Source of the DNA: Lytechinus pictus
Lineage: Eukaryota
Direction: 5' to 3'
Length of the DNA: 64,000 nucleotides
Assembly (NCBI RefSeq): GCF_037042905.1
Contig: NC_087250.1
Location: 5,148,001 to 5,212,000, forward strand
The position numbers and the translations under genes are program-made. Under the pieces are notes generated by a model, which was not told the origin of the DNA, searched no databases, and worked only from the letters and a program-made list of their open reading frames with translations. Shown in pieces: positions 38,078-51,036 of the stretch; within the stretch, counting starts at the first letter, position 1; the number at the start of each line of letters is the position of its first letter.

Positions 38078-39384
38078 GATACAGAGGTAACATTACTGGA
38101 AAGTAAATTGAGACTCCATACAGGGTCAAAATTTGGGTTGAACGTCATGGACACACCTTAAATTGAAAATACGGAGTTTAAACAGTAGGGGAGTGGTTCA
38201 CAGAGATTACAACGTGTATAAAACTTGTATTAAATAGACCAGTTCGTAATTATGTTCTTCCTGTGATCAAAAGAAGGCCATTTGAAACCTAATGGCATGG
38301 TGGTTTAATATTCAATAAGGTAAGCGCCAACTTCAGTGTAGGACACTTGGAACGATTTCTTTTCTTCTTTTTTTTTTTTTTTTTTTTTTACTGGGGATGC
38401 TGATGTAAATTAAGTTGAAAAAAAGAAGAAAAAAAAAAGATTTTTCACTACAAAATGAAGATCAAATTGGTTCCGAGAAATTCGAAAAGAACAAAAGGGG
38501 TTTCTTTTCAAAATGAAGATCATTTTGGTTACATTTTTTTCTTCCATTTTACATTTCTTCTTGAATACCGGGGGTGCTGCCTAAGGAGAATAATACACGC
38601 AGCACCCCAAGGAAACTTTTTTGGGTGCTTCAGTACCCCAAGCACCCCCAGTTCCCAGGGCCATGCTTGAATGTCTATTATCGATTATTCATCTATTTTT
38701 TTAAAGGTGTGCTTTTCAAGAGTGCGTCCATTGGCATCTGGGCCCCGTCTTACAAAGAGTTACGTTCAATCGTAACTCTATGGAAATCCATTAGTGTCAT
38801 AAATTTGTTTTCCTAGAGGAAGATTGCAAATGTGCTTTCTAAACGAAGGAGAACACACCAAATTATCAAGAAATTAATGAACTTATGGATAAACATTCAT
38901 ACTTAGAATTTTTTTGAACGAACATGCATTTTATATGTTGACATTACTGGCTTTCCATAGTTGCAATTGGTCAGATCAATCGCAACTATTTGTAAGACGG
39001 GCATCTGGTATTAACAGTTGCAACGAGATTCTATTGAACATGATTTTATGAACAAAACGAGGCACTGATACACCTAAATTATATATATCTTATGAGATTT
39101 GTAGGTTTTGAAAGGCTACCAGGCCTGAATGCTACCCGCCGCAAATCACTACATCTCATACAATATTTATGTATATGTATCTGAGTAAACATACTAATAT
39201 TTTTTTTATTACCTATTATCGCATATTTTGACTCGTATACAAATTTGTAAATATTACTCCCACCACCACAAATAATTTGACATGAAATAATTACACTACA
39301 AAGTTCATCAACTATGTTAAAAAAGCAGCCAAATTTACAATTCTTAGAATATATATACGTCATTTTTTTTTGCAGGAGTTTCTG

Positions 39385-42300
39385 CATTTTATTCATAAAT
39401 CAATGATAAATCAACATGTTCACATAATTGAATGAATACAATTTAAATGTGACAATTAAAGAGATACATTGTAAATAATACAGAAAAGACTGATAATTAA
39501 ATCATACCTAAGCATGTGATATAGTTCGGTAAAATACAGGGGCCAGCTATTATAAGCACAGAGGTGCTTGAAGCAATAGCAGCCAGGAGAGGGGGCTACA
39601 TGAAAACCATCATAAATCATATTTGATAAATTGATCGTCACGAAATATAAGATTAAAATATATATATATATTGGTAGAAAAAAATGGTAAAAAGAAGTGC
39701 AAGTGTGTGCATGTGGGTGAGTGCAGGTGAATCAAATTAGGTATACTTAGAAATAAGACATTTTTTCAACGAAGCTTTAAACGAATAGAGAGATGTACAT
39801 TGTTTAATATCATGTGGCAATGCATTCCAAATATCTGGGCCATGGTAGCGTATCGTCTTATGAGCGAGTAATATTCTTGGGTTGGTTAAGTGAAGATCTG
39901 TTGAATGTCGTGTTGGATATTTGTGAATGTCTTTGTTGTAAACAAAAAAATTGCGAAATGGAATCGGGATAATATTGGATGAAAATTTAAACATAAATAT
40001 GGCCGTTTGATAAATGTTAATATCTTCAATTTTCAATGTCTTTAAGTTGTGAAATATTGGATCAGTATGTGCAATGAAATGTGAATGAGTACATATGCGG
40101 AGTGCTTTCTTTTGGAGACGGAAAATCGTTTCTATTTTTACCTTACTACTATACCCCCATACTAAGTTGCAGTAAGATAAGTGGGATAAAACGAACTAAT
40201 TATAAAGCATAAATAATGATTTTTTGGAGAGATAATATTTTAATCGAAACAAAATTCCTATTCCTCTGGATGCCATCATGCAAATATTGTGAATGTGACT
40301 GTTCCAGGTTAAATTTGAGTCAATCCGTACACCTAAAAATTTGGTTTCTTGTTTTTCAATGATAGGTATGTCATCTATGTATATATTAAGGAACATATGT
40401 TTAGTTTGAATGTGTTTAAAATACATAAAATTTGTTTTGCTTATATTTAGGGAGAGTTTATTAGTTTTAAACCATTTTGATAATTTCTTTAATTCAAAAT
40501 TAAGTGTCGGGACGAGTATATTTAAGTCTTTATGGGAATAGAAGACATTTGTATCGTCTGCAAATAAAACGTATGTTAATTCTCGAGATGCATTTACAAT
40601 ATCATTCATATAAATCAAAAATAACAAGGGACCTAAAATCGATCCTTGTGGTACTCCACATTTCATGGTACAAATATTGGATATTTTGTATTTGAAAGAA
40701 ACATAATGGCGTCGATTACTTAAGTAATCTTTGAACCAAGTGAAAACCACCCCCCTGATTCCATATCTCTTTAATTTACAAAGTAAAATGCGGTGATCCA
40801 TTGTATCGAATGCTTTCGATAGATCCATAAAAATCCCAACAGTGTGTTCTTTTTTAGAGAGAGAATCAGATATTTTGTCGAATAATTGTAAAATAGCATA
40901 ATCGGTTGAATGATTCTCTCTAAAACCATATTGATTTGGAATTAATATATTATTATTTTTCAAAAAGGAATACAATCGCTTGTAAACTACTTTTTCAAGA
41001 ATTTTAGAGATACTCGGTAATAAATATATTGGTCGGGTGTTGGAAGTAAGACATGGGTCATCTTTTTTATATATTGGTATTATTTTTGCAATCTTAAGTG
41101 GATCGGGAACAATGCCATGATACAGAGAAAGGTTAAAAATATGCCTGAGCGGTGAAGCTATAAAGTGAATTATTTGTTTTAATAAATAGACACTTATTCC
41201 ATCATGCCCTGAAGATTTAGTCGGTTTCAAAGACCTAACAATTTCTAAGATCTCATGAGTATTAGTCGGATTAAAAAATAAAGAATTTTCCGGAAAGTCG
41301 TTTAAGTATTCAGAAAAGTCATTATCATTAGATACTATTTTTTAGGCTAAATTTGGACCGATATTTTTGAAGAAGTTATTAAAGGCATTAGCAACATCAC
41401 TTGGGTTTCGCAAGTGTTGACAATTTTCTACGAAATTAATGTTATCATAGCTTTCTTTTTTCTTACCTAATATCTCATTTACAGATTTCCATAATGAATT
41501 TTTATTATCTTTGTTATTTTCAATTTTATCAGAAAAGTAAGATTTGCGAGCTAGGCGGATAACTGAAGTTAATTTGTTGCGGAATTTTTTGTATTTATTT
41601 ATGTTTTGAATTGTAGGCGATTTAATGGATATTTTATAGAGTCTATTCCGAGTAAATATGGATTTAATTATACCTTGTGTAACCCACGGTTGTTTGTTCT
41701 TCTTTTTGCTCGATTTAACTCTTAGTAATGGCACGTTTTTATCATAATAATAAAGAAGTTTATTTAAAAATATTACATAAGAGTCATTTGTATTTTGTTC
41801 TAGGTAAATATCATGCCAATCTTCTTCAGCCAAATCTACCTTCAGGGATTCTATATTACGTTGGGTTTCTTTTCGTCTGGTTATGTTTTCTTTGTCCCTA
41901 GTTTGGTGAGGGCGTTTATCGTTTGGATACATTGCAAAAATAGGCAGATGGTCTGAAATATCATAGTATATTATTCCATTATCATTTTTATCAAGTGCAT
42001 TAGAAAAAATATTATCAAGTATTGTATTTGATATGTTAGAAATTCTAGTTGGTTTATTAACGAGATGTTGTAATCCAACTGATGATAATAAATTAGTAAA
42101 ATGTTGACCTATTGTAGTATAGGGAAAGGACAAATCAATGTTAAAGTCGCCCGTGATATAGATTTTTTTGTTTTCTCGAGAAACTGATTCGAGACTAGAT
42201 TCCAATTCATTTAAAAATATATCAGCATTATTGGTTGGGGGTCTATAGATTACACCGATTATTTTATTCTTATTTTTAGCGTTAGAAATTTCAATGAATA

Positions 42301-42700
42301 AGGATTCTATATTTTGAAGTTCAATATCATGTCTTACTTTGTAATTAAGATCTTTATGTACATAGAGAGCGACACCTCCTCCCTTACCAACTTTTCGATC
42401 TGTATGGAGGAAGTTGTAATTATCAATGTTGTAAATTGGAGGAGACATTGGATGCAACCATGTCTCTGTGAGACCAATAATAGAAAATGGAAATGTGTTT
42501 AATGTGGATAAAAATTCGCAGAAAGTATCAAAGTTTTTTTGCAAGCTTCTTATATTCAAATGCATTAAACTAAAGTAGTCGGGAATATCACTTTGAGCTG
42601 CTTTATGAAAAGCCTTATTAAATTCACTGGCTGTATAATATTTACACTGGGGAGAAAAGGTTTCACCGTTTAATATATCTGCTCTATTGAAAGAGAATAA
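39385..42700 (-). mobile_element. LINE (CR1/L2/Crack group) with APE endonuclease + reverse transcriptase ORF2 and 3' UTR, 5'-truncated
   Basis: APE motifs HLNIRSL, GLTETWL, GGGVALYV, IYRPP, GDFNID, ISDHLP; RT motifs QYGFR, DLSKAFD, GVPQGSILGPLLF, LFADDT, FLGV. The three ORF pieces are in one frame, separated only by stops at 41342-41344 and 40196-40198. Confidence 0.95.
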
Positions 42701-45700
42701 ATAGGATTTTGTTTGCAATCGTTGAAGAAGTAACCGAGGTGCACGGTGCATGTGAGTCCAAGTAAAGGTGTATGCCAGAAGCATTGAAGAAAGTGTTACA
42801 CATGTTCACTTATGTGTGACGATCTGACAGACTCGGGCTGGTGCTTACATCATTGTCATTAAAATAAATTATATGATGGATCTTTGAAAATATTGATATA
42901 TCTTTGTCCAATGTTTGGTAAAATAAGTTTTGAAGATAATATGAAATTGAAATGACTTTTTAAACCTTTTAATACAATTAACAGCTGGTAATAAAGATTT
43001 TTTTTTCCAGACGGTATGGCGATTTCATTACATCATAGTGCCTTAAATGATTAACGTGCTTTACATTATTCTATTCTTCACTAACAGCGGGCCTATCTTC
43101 TGCATAGGCATATCTATATGTATATACAGTGAATAGGGGATAGTCTATAGAGTCATAAACTCCAACAAATACAATAATCAAGAGCAAAATGTGATTGTTC
43201 ATGAATAAACAGGCGTCTTCAATTTGAATAGAAAGTTTCCTGCCTCTCAGAGTTAGAAAGAAAAAAAAAATAGGAAATTGCCATCGAATTGTGAATGGGA
43301 TTGGGATGCATATAGAAAAGCATTTACTTCTATGTCAGCAAGCCATGAATGATTGAGAATGTAATAGGGCAATACAGGCATTGCTGTGAAAAAAAAGTAC
43401 GAGATCAATTATATACATAACAACGTCTCAATTGTTATACAAATAGTGATTTAAAAAAGTCGTTGAAAGAGCAAAAAGATCCTCATTTACATGGGATTCC
43501 GATACACCTATACGTATACTTTATAACCGATTCAATTCTATTCAATTCTAATTGATCAATGAATGCAATATTACTACAAAAAAGGTATTTATGTCAGACC
43601 ATAATTGAAACACTCCAATTTGCACTACGTGATATAATGGCTGCGTGTGGATTGGCTTCAACCTAAATACAAACCATCTTTAGCATTGTCATGATTGTAG
43701 GGGTTGGAATAAACAGAATTGTATGTGACATCATTTTTTTCTTTTTAATACAGAATGTATACATTTCTTTTTCAATTGTGAACAGCGATATTACAATCAA
43801 AAGGCCTGTATTGTCGTTATGTACATTTATGCTACAAACATAGCTGAATATTCTTTCCGTGCATACGCTATCGCACTTGGCATGCTGGGTCTTGGTGGCA
43901 TTCGTTATATTTAGTTAAAATACATTGGTACTGTCCATTATTTTATGAACAATATGAGGAAATGCACCCGTAAGTTTATATCCCATAAGATTTGGGGTTT
44001 TGATAAATGCTACCCACCGGAAATCACTACATCAAATACAAAATATATAAATGTATCTGAAAAGTACACACTAATTTTTTTCATAACCTATTTTCGCATT
44101 TTTGAATTGTAAACAAAATTGTAAATATTACTCCAAACACCAAAAAAATTAACATGAAATTAATTACACGGCAAAGTCATCAAATACATGCATGTATGTA
44201 TAAAAAAGCAGCCAAATTTACAAATCTTAATCGCAATATATACATGTATTAAATACATGACTAGTATTTGATGTAATGGCTGCATGTGGATCGGCTCGTA
44301 CCAAGAGGGTAGGTGAGGTCGCGCGTCAAGGGAACCCTTACATTCACTCAGCCCCTATTAAAACAAAGTAGTACTGATCAGATAAAGCGCTTATTACACC
44401 AAATGGTTATTACACCAACTGATATTACACCAAATGATGTTGGATCAATTGTCTATTAAACCCACTGGCTTTACACCAAGTGGTAATAAACCGACCCGGA
44501 CGATAGCCTCTTTGAAATATATGGCCGTTTGAATGTTGAATATAGATAACGTGTTTGCTTCACCGAATTCTTAATTACTAAAAAGGTGGTGAAACTAATA
44601 AGAATATTGCGTATTAAGAAATGAAGGCCCCATGCACTCTTCCGTTAAAATCGTGGAGGGGGGGGGGGGGGGGGGGGGCGGTGATCAAAGGTTGTGGTCC
44701 CCTTAACCCGACGCGATGCGCCGTCACACACCCTTTCGGTACAAGCCCTGTGAATCTCGCTTTGTTATCAGAGGCTCGAATGTTCAAATCCCACTGCGGG
44801 ATTATAGTTCATTCATTCATTCATTCATTTATTGATTCCACTTTTAAATACAAATAACACAATATACATAACAAATGTATTCGTAAACATAGTGTATCAA
44901 AGATCAAAATAAATATCTAACATAAGTATTTAAACATAAGGTACACTACAAAGTGTAAAAAAAAGTGAGGAGCCTAAATAAAAAGCAGAGCTTGTAGAAA
45001 ATTAGGCTCCCATTGGGAGAAAATATAAGTTGTTACTTTGGGCGAACAAATGTGGAAACGGAATACATATTTATTACATAGAGTGTTTTACACATAATGG
45101 CATATTAGCAATATCACTACGCTTTCTATAACACAGAGAATCTATTGTCGAAAGCCCTTCAATGACAAAACAGCCTTTGTCGAAAATCGGCGAATCAAAA
45201 CAGCAGACGGTCGTCTGGACCCTGGACAAGCCACATAGTTTTCGTCCGGACCGAATCTTCAGAATAATCTCCGTCCCCGTCCACCACCTTTCGACAATAA
45301 CCTCTCAGCTGTTCATTGTGATTTGACTTGCATTTCAAAAGGAATTGATGCGTTGTAGAAAGCGTCTGAACTAGTGATGTAGTGAGTGACCACAGTATTG
45401 TCGTTCGGCAAAGCACCAAACTACACGTGGCTACTCTCCTAGTATGAGGCGAAGCCATATTATGACGTTTAGCAACTGAGTGTAAAATGTATATACTGTC
45501 CAATGTGCTCCCTCGTGAGTGAAGAAAGTGCAGGTGAGTCTGAATACAATGTAAGGTCATATAAATACAGAGGCGTATCCCACCACAAGCCCGGCACAAG
45601 CCTTTTCTTTTAGGGTCTTACGCCTTCTTCTGTAAACATAGCATACACATATTTATATTATTTTTGACAAACTGATACTTGCACGAATTTATGTTTAAAA

Positions 45701-45719
45701 AAAAAAAATGAAACGAAAG

Positions 45720-46385
45720 GCAACAAATATTTTTTTAAATAGAATAGAATAAAAAAGAAATGTTGTCATATTCCTTAACAGACTTCAGCCAACACTTCAA
45801 TACAATGGAGATCATCAAACAGGCACAATGCTGAAAATATCATATTCGCTTGTAAAAAAAGGTTTACACAGAATTTCTGTTTAAAAAAATTAAAAAATAT
45901 TATGAAATGGAAGACAATAACTATTTGTTTGAATATAATTGAATAAAAAAAGAAATGTTGTCATATTCCTTTACAGACTTCAGCCAACACTTCAATACAA
46001 TGGAGATCATCAAACAGGCACAATGCTGAAAATATATAATTACATCTAGATATGCGAAACTATAGACTGGTATCTAGCCCTTATAATAAATAATATATAC
46101 GGTTCATTTCCATTTGATACCAGCTGAAAACCCCCAATACACAATGATATATTTATACAATATACACAGAGAAAATATATATACATCAAGATATGCAAAT
46201 TATAGACTGGTATCTAGCCCTTATAAGAAATAATTCATACAGTTCATTTCCCTTTGATACCAGCTGAAAAACCCCAATACACAATGATATATTTATACAC
46301 TATACACAGAGAAAATATATAATTACATCAAGATATGCGAAATTATAGACTGGTTTCTATCCCTTATAAGAAATAATTCATCTGA
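45720..46385. repeat. Local tandem duplications (two ~190-bp units, then ~2.5 units of ~142 bp)
   Basis: AAAAAAGAAATGTTGTCATATTCCTT...GCTGAAAATAT occurs twice; AGATATGC..TATAGACTGGT..CCCTTATAA occurs three times. Confidence 0.8.
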
Positions 46386-46571
46386 AACAATGTATAGTAT
46401 TTATGATTATGCCAATTTGAGGTAATTTCCGTTTAAAAATAAAAGAAGAAAAAATGGGTGGAATTCAACTGCTTAAACCTCTGGGGATGAATTTGTATTA
46501 AGCGAGGGCTTAAAAAAATCATTTATTGCCAAACAATGACATTAAATGATAAGTTATATCATCCACACAGA

Positions 46572-47848
46572 ATACGCGGATCCAGGGGGGCCGAGGGGCC
46601 CGCCCCCCCCCTATTGGCGGAGCAAAAAAAAGAAAAGAGGGGGAAAGAAAGGATGAAAAAATAAGAGGAATAATAAGAGAGAGACGAGTGAATAAAAAAG
46701 GTAAGGGGAAGACTTAGAAAAAGATTTTAAAAATATATATTTCATGTCACTTCATTAAATTTTCGCTCGCGCTTCGCGCTCAGATAGCCTGTTCGATGAG
46801 ATACATATCTTGCTCAATAGGCTGATATGTATATAGCTTAAAGTATCAAGTTTTGAAGGCAATATACAAAACATATTTCAGCTCGGACATCGAGCTTTTA
46901 TTATTTTGTCTGATTTACAAATTGATTTTTTTAAGTGCTCTGTAAAATGTCCGCTTTAACGGTGTGAATATCGTTTGCAGCTTCTTGCGCTGTGCGCTCG
47001 CATTATTTGATTTGCCAAATAGGCCTACATATTGTCTTTGTTTATTCCATAAGATTCTTGATATATTACTTCTGTAACAAACTACTTAAATCCCCCTTTT
47101 ATGATAGTTTATCAAAAAAATTCTTCTCGTGATTTGCGCTCGCATTAATAGTTAAAAATATATCAAGTCGTTTGTTGAGATACGCAGCTTGATCTTTATT
47201 CAAAACGTGCTAAAATTATCAAGTTGCGCCCGCATTATCAATGTAGGAAGATACCAAATTACCCATTCTTTTTCATGATTTACAAAACGTGAATAGATAC
47301 TTTTGGTTCTGAAATCTCATTTTTTTTCCGCTCGCATCACTTGTTTAGATTCATACCTTTTTCAAAAAGTGCTTAATATGTCAATTTTTTAGGTCGGAAT
47401 GAAAAAAAAAATCAGCTCGCGCTTTGCGCTCACATTATCTAAAAGTTGAAATATGTATCGTCTTAATAGCTAACTGCAAATCGTCCTTAACAGGTCCCTT
47501 TCCGATCAAGCCAGAACCCATATTCGAAATGTTTGTTAAATACGCATCTTGTCCAGGTTCACAAACATTGCCCAGAATATTAAATTTTCAGGACAAAATA
47601 CATGAAATTCCAAAAAATTTCAGCTCGCGCTTCGCGCTCGTATTATTTAAATAGGGCTCATGATAGAGTTACATTTTTTATGTTGTTTTATAGGAATAAC
47701 GCTAAGAAATGACTGTTAGGAGTAGACATCGGCGTTCGACCCCTTCAAAGAAACAGACAAAAATCAACTTTGAGCGGCCGATTGGGGAAAATGAAGGTGA
47801 AAAAAATTCGCCCCCCCCCCCTATTGGCGGGAGCTGGATCCGCCCCTG
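46572..47848. mobile_element. GCGGATCCAG-terminal non-autonomous element with GCGCTTCGCGCTCG subterminal repeats
   Basis: GCGGATCCAG at the left end and CTGGATCCGCCCCTG at the right; poly-C followed by TATTGGCGG at both ends. Confidence 0.6.
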
Positions 47849-48295
47849 CATATTGTCCCTATCAACCCAGGAGCTCAACAGGTACCCGACGGGAAGTGAA
47901 CGTCATTGTAGCATGTACAACATTATGTCTTCCTCACTAGCTACTGGCTGCAACACTCCCTAGGGAATGGAGAATGCGCAAACTTTGTGGCAAGGAATGA
48001 CTGAATGAATCCGGTGACATGGAAATCTTAAGCGCATTATACTGTAGATAACCAGATCATTACATGCGTGAATTGTTTATCTATGCCGAAGAGATTTATC
48101 TGTGTCGGATTGCAAACCATATTAATTGACTTTTGATTTTTGATTATTAGTATAGTTGCATTAGTTGTGTAATTTGCCCTTTTTATCATTTTTATCCCAA
48201 GTACAAACCATAAACAGAACACAGTGCACTTAGAAACACCAGTAGTAAGCGCCTTACAAATAAATGTTATGTATTATTATTATTATGTGGAAGAG

Positions 48296-48647
48296 CCGTG
48301 GTGTAGTGGTTCTGACTCTCGCCTTGTAAACAGAGGGTCGTGTGTTCGAATCCCACCGCGGTCTAGCGTCCTTTGGCAAGGCGTTAATCCACACTTTGCC
48401 ACTCTCGACCCAGGTGCTCAATGGGTACCCGGTAGGATGCGAAAGATATTGTATGTTTGATTTTGCCAGCGCCATAATGAGGCTGCGATGAATGCAAGGA
48501 ATGCTCCCCAGGGAGTGGAAATTGTGCACTTTTCGTGCGGGATTGAAATGAATCCAATGACCGGGGTAATAATATGCTGTAACGCGCTTTGAGCCATTCT
48601 GGGAAAAGCGCTTTATAAAAATTGGATATTATTATTATTATTATTAT
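48296..48647 (+). mobile_element. Full-length tRNA-derived SINE
   Basis: A-box TGGTGTAGTGG, B-box GTTCGAATCCC, conserved body, and an (ATT)n tail that ends next to the kinase stop codon. Confidence 0.88.
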
Positions 48648-48653
48648 GATTGA

Positions 48654-49100
48654 TCACAGTTTTCCAGTTACTCCGGAACCGTCGACATGCAGGACCTTAT
48701 CAAAAGTCTTGGTGAGATCTTCAGCAGAAGGGCGTTTCTTTGGCTCCCGGGTGAAGCAGCTTATGAGGGCGTCCCGTATCATCTGGTTGTCGAGTCTGGA
48801 GACGGTGTCGGGTACGAAATCGTTTCCACACAATCGAGTGATGGTTTGTTTTTCTGAAAACTCTTTACCTTTATCGTCCTCCCACACGTGACGCCCTGTG
48901 AATAGCTCAAGGAACAAGCAGGCCAGAGACCAGATATCTCCCTCGGGTGTGGCTTTGTAATCCTCCTCACAAGATTCCGGAGGGCACCACTTGTTAACCC
49001 CTCCTCGCACACCAGAAGTGATATCTGTTATGGCTGAATGGGTGAGTCCGTGGGCCAATCCTAGATCACAAACGAACGGTTCGTGGTCTGCCTCCCGAAT
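48654..49100 (-). CDS. Protein kinase, terminal exon (subdomains VII-XI)
   Basis: Acceptor ttag|ATT; IREADHEPFVCDLGLA, WCPPE, GDIWSLACLFLELFTGRHVW, CFTREPKKRPSA; stop TGA. Confidence 0.88.
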   Translation of the reverse strand: MREADHEPFVCDLGLAHGLTHSAITDITSGVRGGVNKWCPPESCEEDYKATPEGDIWSLACLFLELFTGRHVWEDDKGKEFSEKQTITRLCGNDFVPDTVSRLDNQMIRDALISCFTREPKKRPSAEDLTKTFDKVLHVDGSGVTGKL

Positions 49101-49616
49101 CTAATTTTGGGGGAGAAAACACAAGAAAAAAAAAATGGTTGGATTGCTCCGCAGTGAGTGGAGAAAGTACAGTAATTGCGTGCTGGTAACTCAGCTTTGA
49201 AGAACGGGGTATATATTGCAAACTGAAGCGCCAAGCAATATTGCCACGGTTTATTGAACACTATGAAAGCGGAATATTATTTTCCTTATTTAAACAGAAA
49301 ATCAACAACTACTACTTGTTCAAGATAATTTCCGACTCAGATTCCCTTAGTCGAAATTACGAGGTATATGCGAAATAAAATAATAACACATGAAATGTAT
49401 ATTCTTTTACAGTCTTTGGTTATTTTTTAAGATGCTTTTTTGTCGAAGATATGTAAATCATCCTTAGCAGACACATATACTAAAAAACTCATCAAGTTTA
49501 GGTTCGTAAATGATAATTTAAACGTTTTGTTCTGTGACTGAGAACATATGATTTTCAAGAAGATAAAAATACATGCTCTATAATATTGTATATTATCAAA
49601 CTACAGTACATCCTAC

Positions 49617-49724
49617 CAATATATTATCAGACTTAATGTCCGAATGGGTGACTTTCTTGGAGTGAATGTGTGAGATTGCATCAGACACCTTACGGGCAAC
49701 GGTAAGTTTCCCACGAAACGAGTC
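49617..49724 (-). CDS. Protein kinase, catalytic-loop exon (subdomains VIa-VIb)
   Basis: ttgcag|DSFRGKLTVARKVSDAISHIHSKKVTHSDIKSDNIL|gtagga; 108 nt, phase 0-0, in frame with both neighbouring exons. Not in the ORF track. Confidence 0.88.
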
Positions 49725-50721
49725 CTGCAATAAAAAAAAAATGCTGCAATGTTATCTTACTCTAAAATTGCATTGACGACAAGTTTTCGTACTGATTATA
49801 AAAAAAATACAGTAATACATACATCACAAGAGGATACAGAAATCTGTTATAACGATAGTAACGTAATATAGAATGCACTTGTGTTTGAGCACAATCAAAG
49901 GAAGGGCGTAACAGGGGTCGATGGCCAGTGGGAGCAAACAATTTCCTGGTCATATCATGGTCTGAACAGAATCTTTTTTTAATGATTGTCCCTGACCATT
50001 AGGACGAAGCTCAATACGTGATAAGTACAAAAATAGGGGGCACAGCAAGGCGCGCACGGCAAAAAGCTTCTTAATATAAGTCTCAAGCAAGCGAAGCGAG
50101 CGAGAACAAAATCACCCTTTCACTAACTTTGAGATTGATTTTGACATGGTATTCAGAAAATAACATATCTTACATCTTCCTTTCTTTCATCTTTCCTTTT
50201 TTCTGCGGATCAGGTCCGGGGCAGTGGCAGCACCAGGATTTTTAACCTAGGGGGAGGCAAAGGAATATGGGGGTGGGGCAAACGATTGTTTTTGCCTATT
50301 TCACAAAATCGAGCGAGAGGCATGATCTATTTTTTTTTCAATGTAGGCCCCAGCAGGGGTTCTCAAACTTTTTCTTTGAAGGGCCAGATGAGACTCGAAA
50401 TAAACCTGAAAGGGCCAGGGCGAAGCGGATCGAAGATCCTTGCGGCCGGGGTCCTAGATGTTTTCTGGTGCAATCTGGCATTTATTGTGGGAGAATTTAA
50501 TCCAAAAAAAATATTACAGTTTCATAATGGAACACAGGCAAAATTAGAAAAGATTTCAAAAGACAGCGAGTCAATATAGTATAGACAACAACATTCAAAT
50601 GTTCAAATGAATGTAGATTGCACCTATTTCAGTTTTAACAGATACCTGGAATTTAAGAGACAAATAATGTTTTGTAGTAGGCCTATCAATATTTTTTGTA
50701 GTCAAAGTAGATTGGCCAACT

Positions 50722-50829
50722 CATTGGCCTTGTGCTCGATTGCGGGAATGCATACTTGTCTGTCCATTCCTCATGGAAAACACGATTTTCAGTATCCACC
50801 TTTCCTTCCTTTGCACATATTGATGCCAT
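50722..50829 (-). pseudogene. hAT (SPIN/Buster/Charlie-type) transposase N-terminal remnant
   Basis: MASICAKEGKVDTENRVFHEEWTDKYAFPQSSTRPM resembles the KVDxENRxFxxxWxxxY start of SPIN-type transposases; Charlie-type TIR CAGGGGTTCTCAAACTTTT near 50355. Confidence 0.65.
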
Positions 50830-51036
50830 CTTGACCTGGCTAACAATTAATGATGACTAATATACCCCTGAGAAAATCTGCTGAACTGAACCGGCAATTA
50901 AGTTTACGTTTTAACCAAATTAATCGCGTGTTGGAATGTATGCGAACATGTTTTCAAATGCAACGTGTTATCCTACGTTTGACGTGAAAGTACTTTTTTC
51001 AATGTAGCGCCGCGCTGGTCATCTATAGGCCAATAA

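Noticed and set aside
45195..45630. 134-aa - strand ORF and a nearby acceptor-like tttacag
   Set aside because: No recognisable domain, and all frames from the acceptor close early. It could be a non-coding exon but this is unsupported.
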